A program made the translations under genes and the position numbers. From the IMG/VR virus record IMGVR_UViG_3300047089_000113, positions 1-64,000 of that record: 64,000 nucleotides of DNA; one strand, given 5' to 3'. Positions 28,949 to 37,930 of this stretch are shown here, piece after piece; the first letter of the stretch is position 1, and each line of letters starts with the position of its first letter. The notes under the pieces were generated by a model that ran no database searches, was not told where the DNA came from, and was given only the letters and a program-made list of their open reading frames with translations. The stretch comes from a virus.

Positions 28949-31900
28949 GCTGCCTTCGCCCGTGCCTGCTTCTCCAGCTCACCGGCCTCGGCCTTGCCAG
29001 CCGCAGCCCTGACCTCGGGGTGCACCTTGCCGCCGCCCGCTGCCCAGCGCCGGATTGCCGCTCGGGCAATCGCGTACGCCTTGTCCTCGGACATGCCGCG
29101 CTTCTCGATCAGTGCCTTGACGATCTGCTGGAGGTACGGGGTGTGACCGAGCCCCTTGACGTCATATAGTCCGGGACCGCCGGGCTTCCCGCGCGGAGCC
29201 GGTGTGACACTGAGCACACCCGTCTGCGCGGACAGCTCGGCGGCGAACTGGCTGACGGATGAGACGGTCTCCATCTGCGGGATGCGCAGCGCGCCGCGCG
29301 TCGGGTTGGACGGCAGGCGGGTGCCGACGTAGTGACCCGGATGCGCTGCCCGGCGCGAGATCGGGCTGTAGGTCCGCTCCCGCCAGCCGGTGGCCTGCTT
29401 CGGCACCCGGTCCAGTTGCTTCTCCAGCTCGGCCAGGTCCCTGGTCCACATGCCGCTGGCCTCGGTGACGTTCGCCTGCTTGGCGACCTCCAGGTGTATC
29501 CGCGCCGACTTCATGTCCCGCCCGGCCAGCGAGTGAGCCAGGTTGTGCAGCGCGGTCTGCAAGGTCGATGACCTGTTGCCCGGCGCGGTGTCGGAGCTGA
29601 CCGCCTTCGCGCCCAGATCCTCGATCGCGCGCAGGTGCTCGAACGAGCCGGGCTGGAGCCCGGCCGCGAACTTGGTCGGGTCCACCTTGATCCAGCCGTG
29701 GATGTAGCCCTTCGGCCCGACCAGATCGAGCGGCGTGGCGAGATTCCTGGCCCTGGCCAGCACCGCCTGCGCCTTGCTGTGGGACGCGCCGCCCTTGCGC
29801 AGCTTCGCGTACAGCTTCTGCTTGCGCGCATCACCGCCGAACATCGCGCTGAAGCCCCTGGCCTCCTTGCCGGACAGGTGCCTGCCGAACGGGCCGGGGA
29901 TGCCCGCCACGCCGGTTACCGCCTCGTTGCGCATCGCCTGCTTGCTGACGTGCCCGCCGCTGACGTGGCCGCGCCTGGCCCCGAGCATGCTGGCCATGCC
30001 CGCTGCCTCGTGCCGGGAGACGTGCTTGCCGGTCAGGGCCGAGATCGGCATCTGCGCGGGGTCCTTGATCCAGCCGTGCCGGTAGCCCTTCGGGCCTGCC
30101 AGCTCGATGGCGTCGGTCACGTCCTCCCAGGACAGCGCGGCAGCCCGCTTCGTGTAGCTGGCGATCTCCCTCGCGTAGGTGCCGATCTGCCGGTTGATGG
30201 CCGCCGCCTCGGACGCGGCGGACAGCGGCCCGGCCGCCTTCTTGGCTCCCGCCGCCTTCCCGGTCTTGGCCCTGGCACCCGCCGCCGAGATGGCTGCCGC
30301 GCCCCTCTTGGCCGGTGCGCCCTTCTTGGCCGGGGTGGACGTGGCGGCCTTGCCGATCTGGCCCGCCTGGGTGGCCTTGTTCCGGGCGTCCAGCGCGGTG
30401 ATCCGGCCGCTGGCGAGCGCCTTCAGTATCCGGCGCAGCGTCTCGATCCTGGCCCGGTCATTGGCGATGGCCGCGAGCAGCGCAGACTTCGCCTGCTGAT
30501 TCGCTGACTTCTGCGCGGGCTTCTTCTGGGCTGCCCCGCCGCTGCTGCCCTTGATGAACTGCCCGCCGGTAGCGATACCGGCACCCGCGCGGGCCTGGCC
30601 AGGGTTGCCAGCCGGGTTGAACAGCTCTACAACGCGAAAGGGCGCGGCCCCGGTAGGCGTGGCAAAGCCAGCCGGGGGCACGGCCTTTCCCGCGTCAAAG
30701 CTCTTGCCGATGCTCCGCAGCACGGCCATCGCCCGGCTGTGCGAGTGCCCCCTGGCCCGCAGCGTCTTGTAGGCCCGCTGCTTCCTCGGGCTCATGCTCC
30801 TGACCCGGCTCTCCAGCGGCAGGCCGGTGCCCGCTGCCGCCGCCTCGGTGGCCGAGCCAGCCTGGAACAGCTTGCCCAGTGACCCGCCGGACGCCGGGAC
30901 GAAGTGATGCGTCGGGGTCCTGGGGAAGCGCAGGGACGGCGGGCCTTCCACGAACTTGTACTTCTTGCCCCGGATCGTGATCGGCGGCCCGGCCCCCCTG
31001 GCGGCCTCGGCCTTCTTCTGCGCCTCGATGCCCCCGCCGATCTTGATCCAGCCGTGCCTGAAGCGGAACGCCAGATCGACCTCGTTGGAGAACTGCGCCG
31101 TGGCGAGCTGGCGGGCCTGCTCCCGGTGGTTGGCCTCGGAAGCGAAATCGCCGCGCCTGTGCGCCGCGCCCGCTATCTTCAGGTGCAGCGCCATGGACAG
31201 CTTGCGCTTCTTCTCGCTGCGCCCGGCCGACTGGCTGGCCCCCAGTGCCCTGATCAGCCCGGCTCGCCGGGCCATCTTCATGCTCGCGGTGCCCGCCATC
31301 ATGCCGGGGACACCCTGCCACCGGCCGTGCCGGTCGCGCACCTCATCCGGGTTGTACCGCAGCTCGACCACGAAGCGGTCCTCGATGCCGTACGCGGCCA
31401 GGTTGAACTCGCTGCCCATCGTCTTAGCACCGGGCTCGGCCCAGGTGCCCTTCAGGTGGTGCGCCACGCCCATCCGCTTCGCGTTCTTCTGGATGGCACG
31501 CTTCAGCACTCCGCGCTTGCCCGGCGCGACCCGGCCGACCGCCTTCAGCGCCTTGTGCAGGTAGCTCACGTTCGGCATCGGGTAGCTGGTGCCGTACGCG
31601 GTCTGTCCCTTCTTCTGGAGCGCCCGCCTGCCAGCCGCCGTCTCATGATGGGGCACGGCGGCCAGCTCGATCGCGCCCAGCACATCGCCCCAGCTTGCGG
31701 CGACGTTCATCGGCGGCGGTGCCGGTGCTGATGATGTGCGCATGGCTCTCTCCTGGGCCTGCTGGTCCCGCTCGTCGCGGCGTTCCTGGCCGATAGCCCG
31801 GTTGGACCCGTGGATGTCCTCGATGTCCTTGACCAGCAGCAGGTGCCGGTGGGCCTGCTGCATGAACGCCTTGCCGCGCATGTGCCCGGCGTCATCGTGC

Positions 31901-32151
31901 ACGCCGTGGCGTCGGAGCTGGACCGGCTGGAGCCCGAAGATCGCGGCGTTCAGGTGACGCTGGGAGCTATTCGTGCGCCCGGCGTCCAGCTCGCGCGCCG
32001 CGTCCCGCAGGTGGTCGTGCACCGCCATCTCGGGGTAGGCATCGGCCATGTCGGCGGCCAGCTTGCGCAGGCTGGCCGATGTTCGCTGCTTCATCGGGCC
32101 GGTGGAGATGGCCCGGTGGAACCGGGGAGGTCCCTGCGGCTGCTCGGACAT
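28945..32151 (-). CDS. Basic multi-module head-associated polyprotein
   Basis: 1068 aa, Lys/Arg/Ala-rich, with at least 7 [DE]L junctions. Includes a DUF6582-like module (GTSYPMPN..L.KA…GR…I.KNAK.MG). Confidence 0.7.
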   Translation of the reverse strand: MSEQPQGPPRFHRAISTGPMKQRTSASLRKLAADMADAYPEMAVHDHLRDAARELDAGRTNSSQRHLNAAIFGLQPVQLRRHGVHDDAGHMRGKAFMQQAHRHLLLVKDIEDIHGSNRAIGQERRDERDQQAQERAMRTSSAPAPPPMNVAASWGDVLGAIELAAVPHHETAAGRRALQKKGQTAYGTSYPMPNVSYLHKALKAVGRVAPGKRGVLKRAIQKNAKRMGVAHHLKGTWAEPGAKTMGSEFNLAAYGIEDRFVVELRYNPDEVRDRHGRWQGVPGMMAGTASMKMARRAGLIRALGASQSAGRSEKKRKLSMALHLKIAGAAHRRGDFASEANHREQARQLATAQFSNEVDLAFRFRHGWIKIGGGIEAQKKAEAARGAGPPITIRGKKYKFVEGPPSLRFPRTPTHHFVPASGGSLGKLFQAGSATEAAAAGTGLPLESRVRSMSPRKQRAYKTLRARGHSHSRAMAVLRSIGKSFDAGKAVPPAGFATPTGAAPFRVVELFNPAGNPGQARAGAGIATGGQFIKGSSGGAAQKKPAQKSANQQAKSALLAAIANDRARIETLRRILKALASGRITALDARNKATQAGQIGKAATSTPAKKGAPAKRGAAAISAAGARAKTGKAAGAKKAAGPLSAASEAAAINRQIGTYAREIASYTKRAAALSWEDVTDAIELAGPKGYRHGWIKDPAQMPISALTGKHVSRHEAAGMASMLGARRGHVSGGHVSKQAMRNEAVTGVAGIPGPFGRHLSGKEARGFSAMFGGDARKQKLYAKLRKGGASHSKAQAVLARARNLATPLDLVGPKGYIHGWIKVDPTKFAAGLQPGSFEHLRAIEDLGAKAVSSDTAPGNRSSTLQTALHNLAHSLAGRDMKSARIHLEVAKQANVTEASGMWTRDLAELEKQLDRVPKQATGWRERTYSPISRRAAHPGHYVGTRLPSNPTRGALRIPQMETVSSVSQFAAELSAQTGVLSVTPAPRGKPGGPGLYDVKGLGHTPYLQQIVKALIEKRGMSEDKAYAIARAAIRRWAAGGGKVHPEVRAAAGKAEAGELEKQARAKAA

Positions 32152-32154
32152 GGC

Positions 32155-32829
32155 TCACACTCCCGCCATAGCTGGCTCGGGACTGGTGCTGGGTAGCATT
32201 CTCGCACCGATGCGCGGCGGCCCCGCGTAGCACCGGCAGTGCGGGTGCACCGAGCCGGGGTAGCCGATCAGCGGCACCGAGCTGGCCCGGAAGTTCGCGC
32301 CGTTCGCGGCCCGGCAGTCGGCGCTGGTCCGGGAGTCGAGCACCGTGTTCCAGCCGAGCATGTCGCCCCAGGTCCACGCGGCCATGTCCACCTGCATGGC
32401 CGCCTGGGCACGCTGCCAGATGGCGTCCCGGTGCTGGCCGAAATAAAGGCGCTCGCGGGCCATCCCAGCCGCGAGCGCCTTTATCACTGCCTCCCCGCGT
32501 GACCGGGCCTCAACCATGTCCCTGGTCAGCCGCCGGGCTGCGGCCAGGGCGAACTGGGCGCGGCGGATCAGGTTGGTGCGGCTGGCGTTCATCGTGGCCG
32601 ATCCCGCGACCCCGGTCTGCTCGGGCGGCATCGCCATCACGACCTCCAGCGCGGCCCGCATCGCGCCCCGGCTGACCTTCCAGGTGACCAGCGCCGCGCC
32701 GCCGAGCATGGTCAGCGCGGCGACCGCGCTGGCCGCGCCGACCAGCGCGGTGGCGATGGCCGTCACCGCCGCCGCGTCAGCCGCCGCGTCCTGCTGCGGC
32801 TCCGGTGGCGGCTGCTGCGGGGTGCTCAC
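32155..32829 (-). CDS. MuF-like (SPP1 gp7 family) minor head protein
   Basis: W.TVLDSRT..DC…NG…PG.VHPHCRC signature; follows the portal gene. Confidence 0.85.
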   Translation of the reverse strand: MSTPQQPPPEPQQDAAADAAAVTAIATALVGAASAVAALTMLGGAALVTWKVSRGAMRAALEVVMAMPPEQTGVAGSATMNASRTNLIRRAQFALAAARRLTRDMVEARSRGEAVIKALAAGMARERLYFGQHRDAIWQRAQAAMQVDMAAWTWGDMLGWNTVLDSRTSADCRAANGANFRASSVPLIGYPGSVHPHCRCYAGPPRIGARMLPSTSPEPAMAGV

Positions 32830-34403
32830 GCCAGCCGTCCGGGCGGCGGGACACTCGGCGGCTTAGCAGGCGGTGTCCGCTGCTGTGCCGGGGCCAGCGG
32901 CGCTCCGGGCGGCGGTCGCATCTGCGCGCCCTGCGGACGCCCGGCCGCGCGGTTGGCGATGGCAACGCCCGCGCCCGCCAGGCCCTGGAGCCCGCCGAGC
33001 GCCCCGGCGGCCTCGGGCGGCATGCCGGGCGGCGGCTGGGCCTGCAACTGCTCGGCCCGCTGGCTGGAGGTGGACATCAGCGCGGCGTGCACCTGGTCCA
33101 CGTCGAGCTGGAGGACCGAGGCCATCCGCTCGGTGATCAGGTCCACCACCTGGATCGGGATGTGCAGCGCGGGTGCCGCCACGATCTGGCCGAACAGGGT
33201 CAGCAGCGCCTGCTCCTGCTCATCCTGGAGCGGGCCGAACTTGGCCTGCGGGATCGCGGCCTCGGGACCGAAGTTGAGCACGGTCAGCGGCATGATGACC
33301 TGGTTGGAGTACGCCTGCGCGATCTCGGCAGCCACGCCCTGCCGGGACTTGAGGTAGAAGCTGGACTGGTCCTGGCTCAGTGCGTAGGAGCCCTTGCCGC
33401 CTGTTGCCGAGCTGGTCAGCGCCATGAAACCGGCCAGCACCGAGTGCACCTGCCAGCCCTCCAGGAAGTTCAGCGCCTCCACGAAGAACTTGCCGCCGTC
33501 GCCGCTGTTCTCCATCATCTCGAACGCCTTCTGGCCCGCCTGCGGCTGCTCCATGCCGACCACGCCCGAGGACTTCAGCGAGGCGATCGAGTCGGCGCGG
33601 TTGTTGGCGGACGGCTGGTCCGGCCCGTACACGACCACGCGGGGCAGCGCCTGGGTCTCCAGGAAGTGGTACCAGAGGTAGAGCAGCTTCATCTTGGTCT
33701 GGTAGCACCAGTAGCTGACCTCCATCTCCGACGCGCCGGTCAGCGGCTCGCGGTGCTTGCCGTGCGTGTAGATGAAGCTGCGGACGTGCGGGATGTCCAC
33801 GTAGCCGGGGACCTTCTGCTTGGACGCCGTGCTCATGAGCTGCCCGCCGAACAGCCACACCTGCTGGCGGAAGCCGTGCGGCGCGGCGGTCTTGGCGTTG
33901 TAGCGGGCCTGGCAGGTGGCGCTCGGCCGGAACGCGATCTTGTCGTAGATGATCTTGCCGTCGCTCTCGCGGATCTTCCAGACCTTCTCGAAGAACGCGC
34001 GCCGGTAGATCTGGCCGGACGTGATCTGGCCGATCAGGTCCACGTTGGGCGTCTTCATGCCGCCGATGTGGTCCGGCGTCAGCAGGACGCTGGTAGCCAG
34101 CTCCAGCTCGCCCTTGTCGCCCTTGGCCCCGGTGATGTCAAAGTCGGCCTCGCGGATCGGCAGGGTCAGCGCGGCCTCGACGGCTGAGCACAGCCCGTCG
34201 CGGCTGAACATCACCTTCATGTCCCGGCTTGACCACTCGCCGTAGTCAAAGACGTCGCCCTCGCCGTAGTAGGCGAATAGCCGCTGGCCCCAGTCGAACT
34301 GCGTGCCGATCTCCGGTCCCAGGAGCTGGCCCTTGGTCGCCTTCAGGTCCGGCAGCTTCAGCACCTGCGCGAGCGTGCCGGTGGCGTTCTGGCGAGGCGG
34401 CAT
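32826..34403 (-). CDS. Portal protein (Mu gp29/DUF935-like)
   Basis: 525 aa after TerL. FFEKVW, SVLAGF.L…GSYALS and NFGP..P motifs. Confidence 0.85.
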   Translation of the reverse strand: MPPRQNATGTLAQVLKLPDLKATKGQLLGPEIGTQFDWGQRLFAYYGEGDVFDYGEWSSRDMKVMFSRDGLCSAVEAALTLPIREADFDITGAKGDKGELELATSVLLTPDHIGGMKTPNVDLIGQITSGQIYRRAFFEKVWKIRESDGKIIYDKIAFRPSATCQARYNAKTAAPHGFRQQVWLFGGQLMSTASKQKVPGYVDIPHVRSFIYTHGKHREPLTGASEMEVSYWCYQTKMKLLYLWYHFLETQALPRVVVYGPDQPSANNRADSIASLKSSGVVGMEQPQAGQKAFEMMENSGDGGKFFVEALNFLEGWQVHSVLAGFMALTSSATGGKGSYALSQDQSSFYLKSRQGVAAEIAQAYSNQVIMPLTVLNFGPEAAIPQAKFGPLQDEQEQALLTLFGQIVAAPALHIPIQVVDLITERMASVLQLDVDQVHAALMSTSSQRAEQLQAQPPPGMPPEAAGALGGLQGLAGAGVAIANRAAGRPQGAQMRPPPGAPLAPAQQRTPPAKPPSVPPPGRLA

Positions 34404-34406
34404 CAG

Positions 34407-36062
34407 CTACTTCCATTCCCGCCGGTTGGGGCTCTGCCCGTCCGGGGTGTCATCCTCGGCCGGGGCGAACGTATCCAGGGACCAGTCACTGCCGCCATCG
34501 TAGGCTCCCCCGTGAGCCTCGGCCAGCCTGCGCTGCGCCCTGGTGCCGGTCGGGCTGAACGTCGAGTCGGCCAGGTGACCGGTCACGTCGGTGCCGGTGT
34601 TCAGGTCATCGGCGCGTATCCACTCGCGCTTGCCGCCTGCTACCGGCGGGCCGAACCAGGTGTCCAGGAACGGGTAGCAGCCCCAGACGAGGGAGTCGAG
34701 CCGGTCGGGGGAGCGCTCACCAGCCGCCCCGGTGAAGCTGCACATCTGGTCTTCCAGCTCCACGAAGCGCTCGGTGTCGGTGTGCCAGATCCGCTCGCTG
34801 GTCCTGGCGTCGGTGATCTGGTAGGTGACCTGCCGCTGGCAGTGCCGGACGATCTTGCGCTCGTACAGCGCGCTCACCGGCTCGGCGCGGGTCCGCTTGG
34901 CCTGGCTGGCGTGCACCTCGCGGTACTTGCACCGGCCGGTCTCCTTCATCACCTGCTCGAACGTGGCGCTCAGCCAGCCGCCGCCGTGGTTCTTCTCCAC
35001 CACCAGCGTGGCGTCCAGCTCCTGGGCCTTCTTGATCACCCGCTTGGCGAACATGACCGGGCTCTCCTGCCCGCCCCAGCTCTCGATCACGTACAGGTGC
35101 GGGTCGTCTATCAGCCCGCGCGCCACGATGGTGTACGCCTGCTCGTCGGAGTCCTCCCGGCCGTCGCTCGGGTCCACGCCGATGAAGACCTGGGTCAGCC
35201 AGGGCGGCCCGCCTTCCTCGCCCACGGCCGGGCACTGGCTGGCCTCGATCAGCTCGCGGGTCCACAGCGCGTTGGCGACGTCATCCAGCAGCTCGCCTTC
35301 CAGCTCCTGGCGCTCCAGCCGGGTGCCGCGCGCCGCGCCGACCACGGCGCGGTAGAACGCCTCGGACAGGTTGGCGATGTTGTCGATGGTGCGCAGCCGC
35401 CGGGTGATCACGCCGCCGTGCTCGGGCTCGTCGCGGATCAGCGACCGGATCAGCTTGCGTGCGCTCATCGAGACCTTCGGGGTGCCGGTGGCGATGATCT
35501 TGGACACGCCCTGCCGGACGGCGAACTTCAGCGACTCGCCCCAGGCCACCTCCCACTTCTTCCACAGCCCGATCTCGTCGCACCAGGCGGCGCGCAGGTT
35601 GCGGCCCTGGATGCGCAGGCCCCCCTCGTCCGCTGAGTCCACGTAGACGATCAGCCCGGAGTGCAGCACCACCTGCCCGTAGGTGCGCCAGGCGCTGCGC
35701 ACGATGTGCGACTTGTGGTCCTTGACCTCGGCCATCGAGGTGCCCAGCGCCCGCAGGATGCCGGATTCGCCCTCGACGCACTTGGTCCAGGCGTCGGCGT
35801 AGGTGGGCGCGATGATGCCGTACTCGCCCTCGGTGTCGGTGTCGTCCAGGATGATGTCTGCCAGCCCCTGAGCCCCGGCGCGGGTCTTGCCGCTGCCCCG
35901 GCCGCCCTGGAGATAGAACACGCGCCACGGGTCGGCCAGCGGCGGCAGCACCTGCTCGGGCCGGGCCACCCCGGAGCGCCAGCGGACGCGCGGGTCCTTG
36001 ACCGGCTCAGCCAGCCGCTCGTCCCACTCGGCCAGGATGACGTCATCAGCAGTGGCAGTCAT
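34407..36062 (-). CDS. terL: Terminase large subunit
   Basis: Walker A GGRGSGKT, Walker B WCDE, and nuclease motifs GVDP, VEKNHGG and SPDRLDSLVW. Confidence 0.95.
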   Translation of the reverse strand: MTATADDVILAEWDERLAEPVKDPRVRWRSGVARPEQVLPPLADPWRVFYLQGGRGSGKTRAGAQGLADIILDDTDTEGEYGIIAPTYADAWTKCVEGESGILRALGTSMAEVKDHKSHIVRSAWRTYGQVVLHSGLIVYVDSADEGGLRIQGRNLRAAWCDEIGLWKKWEVAWGESLKFAVRQGVSKIIATGTPKVSMSARKLIRSLIRDEPEHGGVITRRLRTIDNIANLSEAFYRAVVGAARGTRLERQELEGELLDDVANALWTRELIEASQCPAVGEEGGPPWLTQVFIGVDPSDGREDSDEQAYTIVARGLIDDPHLYVIESWGGQESPVMFAKRVIKKAQELDATLVVEKNHGGGWLSATFEQVMKETGRCKYREVHASQAKRTRAEPVSALYERKIVRHCQRQVTYQITDARTSERIWHTDTERFVELEDQMCSFTGAAGERSPDRLDSLVWGCYPFLDTWFGPPVAGGKREWIRADDLNTGTDVTGHLADSTFSPTGTRAQRRLAEAHGGAYDGGSDWSLDTFAPAEDDTPDGQSPNRREWK

Positions 36063-36161
36063 ATCAAGTGTCCGCTAGACACTTGGTCTGGTCAGTCGCG
36101 GCGGTCATCGGTGACCAGCGTCCGGTTGAACAGCCGCCACAGCGCGCCTCTCAGGCCGTGG

Positions 36162-36893
36162 CTATGACGCCATCTTGATGTGCTTGCGGAAGGTCTCACG
36201 TGCCGCTTCCATCTTCTCGGGCGGGACGTTGGCCCTGGTGAACGCCAGGGTCAGCGCCCGGTCGAGCATGTCCAGGGTGTTCTGGCGGATGCCGACCAGC
36301 CGGGCGTCCAGGTTGAGCTTGGCGATGGCGACCAGCATCGAGCCCAGCCGTTCCATGGCCCGCTCGTACAGCACGATCTCGGCCCGCATCTGCTCGCCGG
36401 TCCTGCCCGCGTAGCGGTACTGGGCTGGCTTCAGGAGCTGCACCCGCCCCCGCAGCAGGTTCTTCCACTCGCGCATCTCCCCGGCCAGCAGCATCAGCTC
36501 AACGTAGGGGTCCTCGACCGGCCGGGGATTGGCCAGGTCGGCACCGTACTCCGCGATGATCTCGCCAGCCCGCTCGTCCGCCTGGCCGTTGATCAGCCGC
36601 AGCGCCGCGCCCTTGGACGTGTTGGAGCCCTCGTTGGCCCCGTGGTTCTTGCAGCGCGGCGGCTCGGTCCCGGCGACCGCGAAGAAGTGGCAGGCGGCCG
36701 GGGTGCCGTATTCGTGGCGGCAGCGCCGGAAGCCGGTGGCCTGCTCGGCTTCCTCCAGCAGCTCGTCGGGCATGTGGTGCAGGCAGTACTCCAGGCCCTC
36801 GACCTCGACGTTGCCGCACCGGCCGCCGCCGCGCTTGGTTCCGGCGCAGAGCGCGGTGCCGAAACCGGGAGGCGTGGGAGGTGTGCTCGGCAT
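36162..36893 (-). CDS. Probable terminase small subunit
   Basis: Cys/His N-terminus (CAGTKRGG.RC…CLHH; RCKNHG) then a helical region with LYERAMER…IAKLNLD. Directly upstream of terL. Confidence 0.65.
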   Translation of the reverse strand: MPSTPPTPPGFGTALCAGTKRGGGRCGNVEVEGLEYCLHHMPDELLEEAEQATGFRRCRHEYGTPAACHFFAVAGTEPPRCKNHGANEGSNTSKGAALRLINGQADERAGEIIAEYGADLANPRPVEDPYVELMLLAGEMREWKNLLRGRVQLLKPAQYRYAGRTGEQMRAEIVLYERAMERLGSMLVAIAKLNLDARLVGIRQNTLDMLDRALTLAFTRANVPPEKMEAARETFRKHIKMAS

Positions 36894-36913
36894 GCCCTCA
36901 TTGTGCAACACGA

Positions 36914-36941
36914 GAGCCCCGCAGCCGTAGCTGCGGGGCTC
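36914..36941 (-). terminator. Perfect 12-bp hairpin, likely terminator of the secreted-protein cassette
   Basis: GAGCCCCGCAGC-cgta-GCTGCGGGGCTC, with a second bulged stem at 36946-36990. Confidence 0.65.
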
Positions 36942-36995
36942 CCAGTAACCGCGTTGCCTGCCGCCCTCCGGTGCCGGGCGGCTGCGGTTAGTACC

Positions 36996-37742
36996 TCAGC
37001 GGCGGGCGAGCCCGGTGGCCCACACCTGGATGTTGGTGTAGCGCGGCGTGATCCGGTTCTGGAGGATCGGGTTGCCGCGCAGGAAGCGCAGCGAGCAGAC
37101 GCCCCTGATGGTCGGGAACACCCACTGGCCGGTCAGCAGGAAGGTGCCGTTGCCGACCGCGTTGCGGAACAGCCCGGTGCCACGGTTGAACCTCCACAGG
37201 CCGAGCTGGTTGACCGAGGCCACGCACAGCCGCAGGTCGATGCTCGGGAACGCGAGACCGGTGTGGTCCACGTTGACCGAGCGGAAGAAGCCCGGCAGGT
37301 CGAACACGTCGCGCGTGTTGGTCTGGAGGGACAGGTCATCGGAGCCGGTACCGAAGACGGGGCCGGACGCGATGACGCGGTTCTGGACCACGGTGCTGCC
37401 CAGCGCCGTGATCTGGGCGACGAACTGCTCAGGCGAGCACCGCAGCGGGTTGACCACGGGGCGCTGGTGATCGGTCGGCTTGCCGGTCGGGCTGACCGTG
37501 CGGAGATCCGGCTGGCTGGACAGGCCGTCAGTCGGGCTGACCTCATCGGTCGGGCTGACCGTGGGTGCGAAGGTGATCGGCCGGGTCGGCGCGCAGGTCT
37601 GCACCGGGCGCGGCGGCGGGGTGAACGTCTCGGTGACGGACGGCTCGGGGGTCGGCGTACCGGCGAATGCGGCAGTCGATCCCAGGCCGACCATCATGCA
37701 GGATGCGGCAGCTACTGCCAGCACATTGGTCCTGACGGACAT
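36996..37742 (-). CDS. Secreted protein: signal peptide, Pro/Thr linker, beta-barrel (dirigent/AOC-like?)
   Basis: Start MSVRTNVLAV…AAFA (AAAGGG RBS), SPT repeats, RGTGLFRNAVGNG motif. Confidence 0.6.
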   Translation of the reverse strand: MSVRTNVLAVAAASCMMVGLGSTAAFAGTPTPEPSVTETFTPPPRPVQTCAPTRPITFAPTVSPTDEVSPTDGLSSQPDLRTVSPTGKPTDHQRPVVNPLRCSPEQFVAQITALGSTVVQNRVIASGPVFGTGSDDLSLQTNTRDVFDLPGFFRSVNVDHTGLAFPSIDLRLCVASVNQLGLWRFNRGTGLFRNAVGNGTFLLTGQWVFPTIRGVCSLRFLRGNPILQNRITPRYTNIQVWATGLARR

Positions 37743-37930
37743 ACTTGTCCCTTTCGTTGTTTTACCGTGGCTGACCGAGATCCGCCCCCCCTGTATCAGC
37801 GAGGCTTTCCAGGTCATCGTGATCTCCATCGTGATCGTGGTACCAGGGCACACACCGGGTGCCCGCGTTTACACTACACGCCCCCCAGGGGGTGTTGACA
37901 CGCTTCCGATCACGAAACGATCACGAACGC

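Noticed and set aside
32155-32829. MuF-fused polymorphic toxin
   Set aside because: MuF ends about 25 aa after HPHCRC with no toxin extension. The effector-like domains are in separate downstream genes.
34407-36062. Intein or intron in the terminase (also checked in polA)
   Set aside because: Lengths are normal, motifs are contiguous, and no splice-junction or homing endonuclease motifs were seen.
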